Of a stretch of DNA of 64,000 bases, positions 45,355 through 60,200 are shown piece after piece. A program made the translations under genes and the position numbers. The stretch lies in contig OZ037766.1 in assembly GCA_964035545.1 (NCBI GenBank), positions 18,067,081 to 18,131,080 of the forward strand. Direction: 5' to 3'. The first letter of the stretch is position 1. The number at the start of each line of letters is the position of its first letter. Source of the stretch: Bugula neritina (lineage: Eukaryota; Animalia; Bryozoa). The notes below the pieces were generated by a model. That model had not been told where the DNA came from. It saw only the letters and a list, made by a program, of their open reading frames with translations, and searched no databases.

Positions 45355-47995
45355 TTATACTGCAACATACTGAAATACACTGTAACATACTGAAACATAT
45401 TGCAAAGTACTGCAACATACTGAAATACACTGTAACATACTGAAAGACGCTGTATCATAATGAAATATACTATAACCCAGTGAAATATACTGCAACATAC
45501 TGAAATATACTGTAACAAACTGAAATATACTGCAACATACTGAAATACACTGTAACATACAGAAATACACTGCAACATACTGCAGCAAACTGCAACATAC
45601 TGCAACATACTGAAACACACTGTAACATATTGAAATACACTGCAACACATTGAAATATGCTTCAACATACCGAAATATATGGTAACCTACTGAAACATGT
45701 TGCAAACTACTGAAATATACTGCAACATACTGCAACTTAATGAAATATACTGTAACACACTGAAATATACTGCAAAATACTGCAAAATACTGTAACATAC
45801 TGAAACATACTGCAACATCCTGAAATATACTGCAACATGCTGAAATATACTGCAAGACACTGAAACCTACTGAAATACACTGTAACATACTGAAATACAC
45901 TGCAACATACTGCAACATACTGAAATACATTGTGACATATTGAAATGCATTGCAACACATTGAAATATGTTGCAAGATACTGAAATATAATGCAACATAC
46001 TGAACGACACTAAAACTCACTGAAGTATAGTGTAATACCTGAAAATGCACTGTGATATACTGAAATACACTGTAACACACTGAAATATACTGCAAAATAC
46101 TGAAACATACTGAAATATATTGCAAAATAATGCAACATACTGAAATACGGTTTAACATACTGAAATACACTGTAACATACTGATATGCACTGCAACATAC
46201 TGAAATACACGGCAACATACTGGAACATACTGGAATATACTGTAACCCACTGAAATATACTACAACATACTGAAATATACTGCAAGATACTGAAACCTAC
46301 TGAAATACACTGTAACATACTGAAATACACTGCAACATGCTGCAACATACTGAAATACACTGTAACATATTAAAATACATTGCAACACATTGAAATAAGT
46401 TGCAAGATATCGAAATATACTGCAACATACTGAAAGACACTAAAACTCACTGAAGTATAGTGAAAAATGTAAAAATGCACTGTGGCATGCTGAAATATAC
46501 TGAAACACGCTGAAATATACTGGAACATACTGAAATAAACTGTAACATACTGAGATATACTGCGAGATACTGAAATATGCTACAACTCACTGAAGTATAG
46601 TGTAATTTACGGAAATGTACTGTAACATACTGAAATTTATTGTAACATACTGAATTATACTGCAACATACTGAAATACACTGTAACATACTGAAACATAT
46701 TGCAAAGTACTGCAACATACTGAAATACACTGTAACATACTGAAAGACGCTGTATCATAATGAAATATACTATAACCCAGTGAAATATACTGCAACATAC
46801 TGAAATATACTGTAACAAACTGAAATATACTGCAACATACTGAAATACACTGTAACATACAGAAATACACTGCAACATACTGCAGCAAACTGCAACATAC
46901 TGCAACATACTGAAACACACTGTAACATATTGAAATACACTGCAACACATTGAAATATGCTTCAACATACCGAAATATATGGTAACCTACTGAAACATGT
47001 TGCAAACTACTGAAATATACTGCAACATACTGCAACTTAATGAAATATACTGTAACACACTGAAATATACTGCAAAATACTGCAAAATACTGTAACATAC
47101 TGAAACATACTGCAACATCCTGAAATATACTGCAACATGCTGAAATATACTGCAAGACACTGAAACCTACTGAAATACACTGTAACATACTGAAATACAC
47201 TGCAACATACTGCAACATACTGAAATACATTGTGACATATTGAAATGCATTGCAACACATTGAAATATGTTGCAAGATACTGAAATATAATGCAACATAC
47301 TGAACGACACTAAAACTCACTGAAGTATAGTGTAATACCTGAAAATGCACTGTGATATACTGAAATACACTGTAACACACTGAAATATACTGCAAAATAC
47401 TGAAACATACTGAAATATATTGCAAAATAATGCAACATACTGAAATACGGTTTAACATACTGAAATACACTGTAACATACTGATATGCACTGCAACATAC
47501 TGAAATACACGGCAACATACTGGAACATACTGGAATATACTGTAACCCACTGAAATATACTACAACATACTGAAATATACTGCAAGATACTGAAACCTAC
47601 TGAAATACACTGTAACATACTGAAATACACTGCAACATGCTGCAACATACTGAAATACACTGTAACATATTAAAATACATTGCAACACATTGAAATAAGT
47701 TGCAAGATATCGAAATATACTGCAACATACTGAAAGACACTAAAACTCACTGAAGTATAGTGAAAAATGTAAAAATGCACTGTGGCATGCTGAAATATAC
47801 TGAAACACGCTGAAATATACTGGAACATACTGAAATAAACTGTAACATACTGAGATATACTGCGAGATACTGAAATATGCTACAACTCACTGAAGTATAG
47901 TGTAATTTACGGAAATGTACTGTAACATACTGAAATTTATTGTAACATACTGAATTATACTGCAACATACTGAAATACACTGTAACATACTGAAA
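45355..47995 (+). repeat. 1300-bp tandem duplication (two copies), related to ~7774-8990
   Basis: Offsets 45355/46655, 45737/47037, 46010/47310 and 46447/47747; shared private words TATAACCCAG, TGCAAAATAA and TGCAAGATATCG. Confidence 0.92.
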
Positions 47996-50795
47996 GACAC
48001 TAAAACTCACTGAAGTATAGTGTAATATCTGCAAATGCACTGTAACATATTGAAATTTAGTGTAACACAGTGAAATATACTGTAACATACTGAAATATAC
48101 TGTAGCATACTAAGATATACTGCAAGATAATGAAATATACTACAACTCACTGAAGTATAGTGTAATTTACGAAAATGTACTGTAACATACTGAAATTTAT
48201 TGTAACATACTGAATTATACTGCAACATACTGAAATACACTGCAACATACTGAAATACACTGTAACATACTGAAAGACACTAAAACTCACTGAAGTATAG
48301 TGTAATATCTGCAAATGCACTGTAACATATTGAAATTTACTGTAACACAGTGAAATATACTGTAACATACTGAAATATACTGTAACATACTGAGATATAC
48401 TGCAAGATACTGAAATATACTACAACTCTCTGAAGTATAGTGTAATTTACGAAAATGTACTGTAACATACTGAAATTTATTGTAACATACTGAGTTATAC
48501 TGCAACATACTGAAATACACTGTAACATACTGAAACATATTGCAAAGTACTGCAACATACTGAAATACACTGTAACATACTGAAAGACGCTGTATCATAA
48601 TGAAATATACTATAACCCACTGAAATATACTGCAACATACTGAAATATACTGTAACAAACTGAAATATACTGCAACATACTGAAATACACTGTAACATAC
48701 AGAAATACACTGCAACATACTGCAGCAAACTGCAACATACTGCAACATACTGAAATACACTGTAACATATTGAAATACACTGCAACACATTGAAATATGC
48801 TTCAACATACCGAAATATATGGTAACCTACTGAAATATGTTGCAAACTACTGAAATATGCTGCAACATACTGCAACTTAATGAAATATACTGTAACATAC
48901 TGAAATATACTGGAAGATACTGAAACCTACTGAAATACACTGTAACATACTGAAATACACTGTAACATATTGAAATACATTGCAACACATTGAAATAAGT
49001 TGCAAGATACTGAATTATACTGCAACATACTGAAAGACACTAAAACTCACTGAAGTATAGTGAAAAATCTGAAAATGCACTGTGGCATACTGAAAAATAC
49101 TGAAACACGCTGAAATATACTGAAACATACTGAAATAAACTGCAACATACTGAGATATACTGCAAGATACTGAAATATACTACAACTCACTGAAGTATAG
49201 TGTAGTTTGCAGAAATGTACTGTAACACACTGAAATTTATTGTATCATACTGAAATATACGGCAACGTACTGAAATACACTGTAACATACTGAAATATAT
49301 TGCAAAATACTGCAACATACTGAAGTATACTGCAACATACTGAAAGACACTAGAACTCACTGAAGTATAGTGTAATATCTGCAAATGCACTGTAACATAC
49401 TGAAATTACTGTAACACACTGAAATATACTGTAACATACTGAAATATACTGTAACATACGGAGATATACTGCGAGATACTGAAATATACTACAACTCACT
49501 GAAGTATAGTGTAATTTTCGGAAATGTACTGTAACATACCGAATTTTATGGTAACATACTGAATTATACTGCAACATACTGAAATATACTGTAACGTACT
49601 GAAATATGTTGCAAAATACTGCAACATACTGAAATACACTGTAACATACTGAAATACGCTGTATCATACTGAAATATACTATAACCCACTGAAATATACT
49701 GCAACATACTGAAATATACTGTAACATACTGAAATATACTGCAACATACTGAAATACACTGTAACATACAGAAATACACTGCAACATACTGCAGCATACT
49801 GCAACATGCTGCAACATGCTGAAATACACTGTAACATATTGAAATATACTGCAACATACTGGAACATACTGGAATATACTGTAACCCACTGAAATATACT
49901 GCAACATACTGAAATATACTGCAAGATACTGAAACCTACTGAAATACACTGTACCATACTGAAATACACTGCAACATGCTGCAACATACTGAAATACACT
50001 GTAACATATTGAAATACATTGCAACACATTGAAATAAGTTGCAAGATAACGAAATATACTGCAACATACTGAAAGACACTAAAACTCACTGAAGTATAGT
50101 GAAAAATCTAAAAATGCACTGTGGCATACTGAAATATACTGAAACACGCTGAAATATACTGGAACATACTGAAATAAACTGTAACATACTGAGATATACT
50201 GCAAGATACTGAAACCTACTGAAATACACTGTAACATACTGAAATACACTGCAACATACTGCAACATACTGAAATACATTGTGACATATTGAAATGCATT
50301 GCAACACATTGAAATATGTTGCAAGATACTGAAATATAATGCAACATACTGAACGACACTAAAACTCACTGAAGTATAGTGTAATACCTGAAAATGCACT
50401 GTGATATACTGAAATACACTGTAACACACTGAAATATACTGCAAAATACTGAAACATACTGAAATATATTGCAAAATACTGCAACATACTGAAATACGGT
50501 TTAACATACTGAAATACACTGTAACATACTGATATGCACTGCAACATACTGAAATACACGGCAACATACTGGAACATACTGGAATATACTGTAACCCACT
50601 GAAATACACTACAACATACTGAAATATACTGCAAGATACTGAAACCTACTGAAATACACTGTAACATACTGAAATACACTGCAACATGCTGCAACATACT
50701 GAAATACACTGTAACATATTAAAATACATTGCAACACATTGAAATAAGTTGCAAGATACCGAAACATACTGCAACATACTGAAAGACACTAAAAC

Positions 50796-52900
50796 TCACT
50801 GAAGTATGGTGTAATATCTGCAAATGCACTGTAACATATTGAAATTTACTGTAACACAGTGAAATATACTGTAACATACTGAAATATACTGTAACATACA
50901 GAGATATACTGCAAGATACTGAAATATACTACAACTCACTGAAATATAGTGTAATTTACGAAAATGTACTGTAACATACTGAAATTTATTGTAACATACT
51001 GAATTATACTGCAACATACTGGAATACACTGTAACATACTGAAACATATTGCAAAATACTGCAACATACTGAAATACGCTGTAACATACTGAAAGACGCC
51101 GTATCATACTGAAATATACTATAACCCACTGAAATATACTGCAACATACTGAAAAATACTGTAACATACTGAAATATACTGCAACATACTGAAATACACT
51201 GTAACATACAGCAATACACTGCAACATACTGCAGCATACTGCAACATACTGCAACATGCTGAAATACACTGTAACATACTGAAATATATTGCAAAATACT
51301 GCAACATACTGAAATACACTGTAACATACTGAAAGACACTAAAACTCACTGAAGTATAGCGTAATATCTGGAAATGCACTGTGACATACTGAAATATACT
51401 GAAACACGCTGAAATATACTGCAACATACTGAAATATACTGTAACATACCGAAATTTATTGTAACATACCGAATTATACTGCAACATACTGAAATATACT
51501 GTAACATACTGAAATATATTGCAAAATACTGCAACATACTTAAATACACTGTAACATACTGAAAGACACTAAAACTCACTGAAGTATAGTGTAATATCTG
51601 GAAATGCACTGTGACATACTGAAATATACTGAAACACGCTGAATTATACTGCAACATACTGAAATACACTGCAACATACTGAAATACACTGTAACATACT
51701 GAAAGACACTAAAACTCACTGAAGAATAGTGTAATATCTGCAAATGCACTGTAACATATTGAAATTTACTGTAACACAGTGAAATATACTGTAACATACT
51801 GAAATATACTGTAACATACTGAGATATACTGCAAGATACTGAAATATACTACAACTCTCTGAAGTATAGTGTAATTTACGAAAATGTACTGTAACATACT
51901 GAAATTTATAGTAACATACTGAGTTATACTGCAACATACTGAAATACACTGTAACATACTGAAACATATTGCAAAGTACTGCAACATACTGAAATACACT
52001 GTAACATACTGAAAGACGCTGTATCATAATGAAATATACTATAACCCACTGAAATATACTGCAACATACTGAAATATACTGTAACAAACTGAAATATACT
52101 GCAACTTACTGAAATACACTGTAACATACAGAAATACACTGCAACATACTGCAGCAAACTGCAACATACTGCAACATACTGAAATACACTGTAACATATT
52201 GAAATACACTGCAACACATTGAAATATGCTTCAACATACCGAAATATATGGTAACCTACTGAAATATGTTGCAAACTACTGAAATATATTGCAACATACT
52301 GCAACTTAATGAAATATACTGTAAAATACTGAAATATACTGGAAGATACTGAAACCTACTGAAATACACTGTAACATACTGAAATACACTGCAACATACT
52401 GCAACATACTGAAATACACTGTAACATATTGAAATACATTGCAACACATTGAAATAAGTTGCAAGATACTGAATTATACTGCAACATACTGAAAGACACT
52501 AAAACTAACTGAAGTATAGTGAAAAATCTGAAAATGCACTGTGGCATACTGAAATATACTGAAACACGCTGAAATATACTGGAACATACTGAAATAAACT
52601 GCAACATACTGAGATATACTGCAAGATACTGAAATATACTACAACTCACTGAAGTATAGTGTAGTTTGCAGAAATGTACTGTAACACACTGAAATTTATT
52701 GTATCATACTGAAATATACGGCAACGTACTGAAATACACTGTAACATACTGAAATATATTGCAAAATACTGCAACATACTGAAGTATACTGCAACATACT
52801 GAAAGACACTAAAACTCACTGAAGTATAGTGTAATATCTGCAAATGCACTGTAACATACTGAAATTACTGTAACACACTGAAATATACTGTAACATACTG
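50796..52900 (+). repeat. Diverged copy of ~1397-3500 (offset 49,399; 4649 bp upstream of the copy at 55445)
   Basis: Offsets 1397/50796, 1947/51346, 2957/52356 and 3247/52646; shares TAAAACTAAC and the 9-bp unit (3461/52860). Confidence 0.82.
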
Positions 52901-53459
52901 AAATATACTGTAACATACTGAAATACACTGTAACATACTGAAACATATTGTAAAATACTGCAACATGCTGAAATACACTGTAACATACTGAAAGACGCTG
53001 TATCATACTGAAATATACTACAACTCACTGAAGTATAGTGTAATTTTCGGAAATGTACTGTAACATACTGAATTTTATGGTAACATACTGAATTATACTG
53101 CAACATACTGAAATATACTGTAACGTACTGAAATATGTTGCAAAATACTGCAACATACTGAAATACACTGTAACATACTGAAATACGCTGTAACATACTG
53201 AAATATACTATAACCCACTGAAATATACTGCAACATACTGAAATATACTGTAACATACTGAAATATACTGCAACATACTGAAATACACTGTAACATACAG
53301 AAATACACTGCAACATGCTGCAGCATACTGCAACATGCTGCAACATGCTGAAATACACTGTAACATATTGAAATATACTGCAACATACTGGAACATACTG
53401 GAATATACTGTAACCCACTGAAATATACTGCAACATACTGAAATATACTGCAACATACT

Positions 53460-54275
53460 GAAATACACTGTAACATATTGAAATACATTGCAACACATTG
53501 AAATAAGTTGCAAGATACCGAAATATACTGCAACATACTGAAAGACACTAAAACTCACTGAAGTATAGTGAAAAATCTAAAAATGCACTGTGGCATACTG
53601 AAATATACTGAAACACGCTGAAATATACTGGAACATACTGAAATAAACTGTAACATACTGAGATATACTGCAAGATACTGAAACCTACTGAAATACACTG
53701 TAACATACTGAAATACACTGCAACATACTGCAACATACTGAAATACATTGTGACATATTGAAATGCATTGCAACACATTGAAATATGTTGCAAGATACTG
53801 AAATATAATGCAACATACTGAACGACACTAAAACTCACTGAAGTATAGTGTAATACCTGAAAATGCACTGTGATATACTGAAATACACTGTAACACACTG
53901 AAATATACTGCAAAATACTGAAACATACTGAAATATATTGCAAAATACTGCAACATACTGAAATACGGTTTAACATACTGAAATACACTGTAACATACTG
54001 ATATGCACTGCAACATACTGAAATACACGGCAACATACTGGAACATACTGGAATATACTGTAACCCACTGAAATACACTACAACATACTGAAATATACTG
54101 CAAGATACTGAAACCTACTGAAATACACTGTAACATACTGAAATACACTGCAACATGCTGCAAAATACTGAAATACACTGTAACATATTAAAATACATTG
54201 CAACACATTGAAATAAGTTGCAAGATACCGAAATATACTGCAACATACTGAAAGACACTAAAACTCACTGAAGTA
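53460..54275 (+). repeat. 3469-bp-offset duplication of ~49990-50805
   Basis: Offsets 50079/53548, 50086/53555 and 50359/53828; the match ends at the landmark core. Confidence 0.82.
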
Positions 54276-57200
54276 TAGTGAAAAATGTAAAAATGCACTG
54301 TGGCATGCTGAAATATACTGAAACACGCTGAAATATACTGGAACATACTGAAATAAACTGTAACATACTGAGATATACTGCAAGATACTGAAATATACTA
54401 CAACTCACTGAAGTATAGCGTAATTTGCAGAAATGTACTGTAACACACTGAAATTTATTGTATCATACTGAAATATACTGCAACGTACTGAAATACACTG
54501 TAACATACTGAAACATATTGCAAAATACTGCAACATACTGAAATACACTGTAACATACTGAAACATATTGCAAAATACTGCAACATACTGAAATACACTG
54601 TAACATACTGAAATATACTGCAACATACTAAAAGACACTAAAACTCACTGAAGTATAGTGTAATATCTGCAAATGCACTGTAACATACTGAAATTTACTG
54701 TAACACACTGAAATATACTGTAACATACTGAAATATACTGTAACATACTGAGATATACTGCGAGATACTGAAATATGCTGCAACTCACTGAAGTATAGTG
54801 TAACTTACGGAAATGTACTGTAACATACTGAAATTCATTGTAACATACTGAATTATACTGCAACATACTGAAATACACTGTAACATACTGAAAGACACTA
54901 AAACTCACTGAAGTATAGTGTAATATCTGCAAATGCACTGTAACATATTGAAATTTAGTGTAACACAGTGAAATATACTGTAACATACTGAAATATACTG
55001 TAACATACTAAGATATACTGCAAGATAATGAAATATACTACAACTCACTGAAGTATAGTGTAATTTACAAAAATGTACTGTAACATACTGAAATTTATTG
55101 TAACATACTGAATTATACTGCAACATACTGAAATACACTGCAACATACTGAAATACACTGTAACATATTGAAAGACACTAAAACTCACTGAAGTATAGTG
55201 TAATATCTGCAAATGCACTGTAACATATTGAAATTTACGGTAACACAGTGAAATATACTGTAACATACTGAAATATACTGTAACATACAGAGATATACTG
55301 CAAGATACTGAAATATACTACAACTCTCTGAAGTATAGTGTAATTTACGAAAATGTACTGTAACATACTGAAATTTATTGTAACATACTGAATTATACTG
55401 CAACATACTGAAAAACACTGTAACATACTGAAAGACACTAAAACTCACTGAAGTATAGTGTAATATCTGCAAATGCACTGTAATATATTGAAATTTACTG
55501 TAACACAGTGAAATATACTGTAACATACTGAAATATACTGTAACATACTGAGATATACTGCAAGATACTGAAATATACTACAACTCACTGAAGTATAGTG
55601 TAATTTACGAAAATGTACTGTAACATACTGAAGTTTATTGTAACATACTGAATTATACTGCAACATACTGGAATACACTGTAACATACTGAAACATATTG
55701 CAAAATACTGCAACATACTGAAATACGCTGTAACATACTGAAAGACGCCGTATCATACTGAAATATACTATAACCCACTGAAATATACTGCAACATACTG
55801 AAAAATACTGTAACATACTGAAATATACTGCAACATACTGAAATACACTGTAACATACAGAAATACACTGCAACATACTGCAGCATACTGCAACATACTG
55901 CAACATGCTGAAATACACTGTAACATACTGAAATATATTGCAAAATACTGCAACATACTGAAATACACTGTAACATACTGAAAGACACTAAAACTCACTG
56001 AAGTATAGTGTAATATCTGGAAATGCACTGTGACATACTGAAATATACTGAAACACGCTGAAATATACTGCAACATACTGAAATATACTGTAACATACCG
56101 AAATTTATTGTAACATACCGAATTATACTGCAACATACTGAAATATACTGTAACATACTGAAATATATTGCAAAATACTGCAACATACTTAAATACACTG
56201 TAACATACTGAAAGACACTAAAACTCACTGAAGTATAGTGTAATATCTGGAAATGCACTGTGACATACTGAAATATACTGAAACACGCTGAATTATACTG
56301 CAACATACTGAAATACACTGCAACATACTGAAATACACTGTAACATACTGAAAGACACTAAAACTCACTGAAGTATAGTGTAATATCTGCAAATGCACTG
56401 TAACATATTGAAATTTACTGTAACACAGTGAAATATACTGTAACATACTGAAATATACTGTAACATACTGAGATATACTGCAAGATACTGAAATATACTA
56501 CAACTCTCTGAAGTATAGTGTAATTTACGAAAATGTACTGTAACATACGGAAATTTATTGTAACATACTGAGTTATACTGCAACATACTGAAATACACTG
56601 TAACATACTGAAACATATTGCAAAGTACTGCAACATACTGAAATACACTGTAACATACTGAAAGACGCTGTATCATAATGAAATATACTATAACCCACTG
56701 AAATATACTGCAACATACTGAAATATACTGTAACAAACTGAAATATACTGCAACTTACTGAAATACACTGTAACATACAGAAATACACTGCAACATACTG
56801 CAGCAAACTGCAACATACTGCAACATACTGAAATACACTGTAACATATTGAAATACACTGCAACACATTGAAATATGCTTCAACATACCGAAATATATGG
56901 TAACCTACTGAAATATGTTGCAAACTACTGAAATATATTGCAACATACTGCAACTTAATGAAATATACTTTAAAATACTGAAATATACTGGAAGATACTG
57001 AAACCTACTGAAATACACTGTAACATACTGAAATACACTGCAACATACTGCAACATACTGAAATACACTGTAACATATTGAAATACATTGCAACACACTG
57101 AAATAAGTTGCAAGATACTGAATTATACTGCAACATACTGAAAGACACTAAAACTAACTGAAGTATAGTGAAAAATCTGAAAATGCACTGTGGCATACTG

Positions 57201-60200
57201 AAATATACTGAAACACGCTGAAATATACTGGAACATACTGAAATAAACTGCAACATACTGAGATATACTGCAAGATACTGAAATATACTACAACTCACTG
57301 AAGTATAGTGTAGTTTGCAGAAATGTACTGTAACACACTGAAATTTATTGTATCATACTGAAATATACGGCAACGTACTGAAATACACTGTAACATACTG
57401 AAATATATTGCAAAATACTGCAACATACTGAAGTATACTGCAACATACTGAAAGACACTAAAACTCACTGAAGTATAGTGTAATATCTGCAAATGCACTG
57501 TAACATACTGAAATTACTGTAACACACTGAAATATACTGTAACATACTGAAATATACTGTAACATACGGAGATATACTGCGAGATACTGAAATATACTAC
57601 AACTCACTGAAGTATAGTGTAATTTTCGGAAATGTACTGTAACATACTGAATTTTATGGTAACATACTGAATTATACTGCAACATACTGAAATATACTGT
57701 AACGTACTGAAATATGTTGCAAAATACTGCAACATACTGAAATACACTGTAACATACTGAAATACGCTGTATCATACTGAAATATACTATAACCCACTGA
57801 AATATACTGCAACATACTGAAATATACTGTAACATACTGAAATATACTGCAACATACTGAAATACACTGTAACATACAGAAATACACTGCAACATACTGC
57901 AGCATACTGCAACATGCTGCAACATACTGAAATACACTGTAACATATTGAAATACACTGCAACACATTGAAATTTGCTGTAACATACTGAGATATACTGC
58001 AAGACACTGAAATATACTACAGCTCACTGAAGTATAGTGTAATTTACGGAAATGTACTGTAACATACTGAAATTTATTGTAACATACTGAAATATACTGC
58101 AACATACTGAAATACACTGTAACATACTGAAATATATTGCAAAATACTGCAACATACTGAAATACACTGTAACATGCTCAAATACATTTTATCATATTGC
58201 AATATGCTATAACCCACTGAAATATACTGCAACTTAGTGAAATATACTGTAACATACTGAAATATACTGCAACATACTGAAATACACTGTAACATACAGA
58301 AGTACGCTGTAACATTCAGAAATACACTGCAACATACTGCAACATACTGAAATACACTGTAACATACTGAAACACACTGCAACATACTGAAATATACTGC
58401 AACATACTGGAACATACTGGAATATACTGTAACCCACTGAAATATACTGCAACATACTGAAATATACTGCAAGATACTGAAACCTACTGAAATACACTGT
58501 AACATACTGAAATACACTGCAACATGCTGCAACATACTGAAATACACTGTAACATATTGAAATACATTGCAACACATTGAAATAAGTTGCAAGATACCGA
58601 AATATACTGCAACATACTGAAAGACACTAAAACTCACTGAAGTATAGTGAAAAATCTAAAAATAAACTGTGGCATACTGAAATATACTGAAACACGCTGA
58701 AATATACTGGAACATACTGAAATAAACTGTAACATACTGAGATATACTGCAAGATACTGAAATATGCTACAACTCACTGAAGTATAGTGTAATTTACGGA
58801 AATGTACTGTAACATACTGAAATTTATTGTAACATACTGAATTATACTGCAACATACTGAAAAACACTGTAACATACTGAAAGACACTAAAACTCACTGA
58901 AGTATACTGTAATATCTGCAAATGCACTGTAATATATTGAAATTTACTGTAACACAGTGAAATACACTGTAACATACTGAAATACACTGTAACATACTGA
59001 GATATACTGCAAGATACTGAAATATACTACAACTCACTGAAGTATAGTGTAATTTACGAAAATGTACTGTAACATACTGAAATTTATTGTAACATACTGA
59101 ATTATACTGCAACATACTGGAATACACTGTAACATACTGAAACATATTGCAAAATACTGCAACATACTGAAATACGCTGTAACATACTGAAAGACGCCGT
59201 ATCATACTGAAATATACTATAACCCACTGAAATATACTGCAACATACTGAAAAATACTGTAACATACTGAAATATACTGCAACATACTGAAATACACTGT
59301 AACATACAGAAATACACTGCAACATACTGCAGCATACTGCAACATACTGCAACACGCTGAAATACACTGTAACATACTGAAATATATTGCAAAATACTGC
59401 AACATACTGAAATACACTGTAACATACTGAAAGACACTAAAACTCACTGAAGTATAGTGTAATATCTGGAAATGCACTGTGACATACTGAAATATACTGA
59501 AACACGCTGAAATATACTGCAACATACTGAAATATACTGTAACATACCGAAATTTATTGTAACATACCGAATTATACTGCAACATACTGAAATATACTGT
59601 AACATACTGAAATACATTGCAAAATACTGCAACATACTTAAATACACTGTAACATACTGAAAGACACTAAAACTCACTGAAGTATAGTGTAATATCTGGA
59701 AATGCACTGTGACATACTGAAATATACTGAAACACGCTGAAATATACTTCAACATACTGAAATATACCTAAAAATATTGAAACATACTGAAATACACTGT
59801 AACATGCTGAAATACACTGTATCATACTGAAGTATACTGTAACGCACTGAAATATACTGCAACATACTGTATTATACTGAAACATACTGCAATATCCTGA
59901 AATATACTGCAACATGCTGAAATATACTGCAAGACACTGAAACCTACTGAAATACACTGTAACATACTGATATACACTGCAACATACTGAAATACACTGT
60001 AACATACAGACATACACTGCAACATACTGCAGCATACTGCAACATGCTGCAACATACTGAAATACACTGTAACATATTGAAATACACTGCAACACATTGA
60101 AATATGCTGTAACATACTGAGATATACTGCAAGACACTGAAATATACTACAGCTCACTGAAGTATAGTGTAATTTACGGAAATGTACTGTAACATACTGA

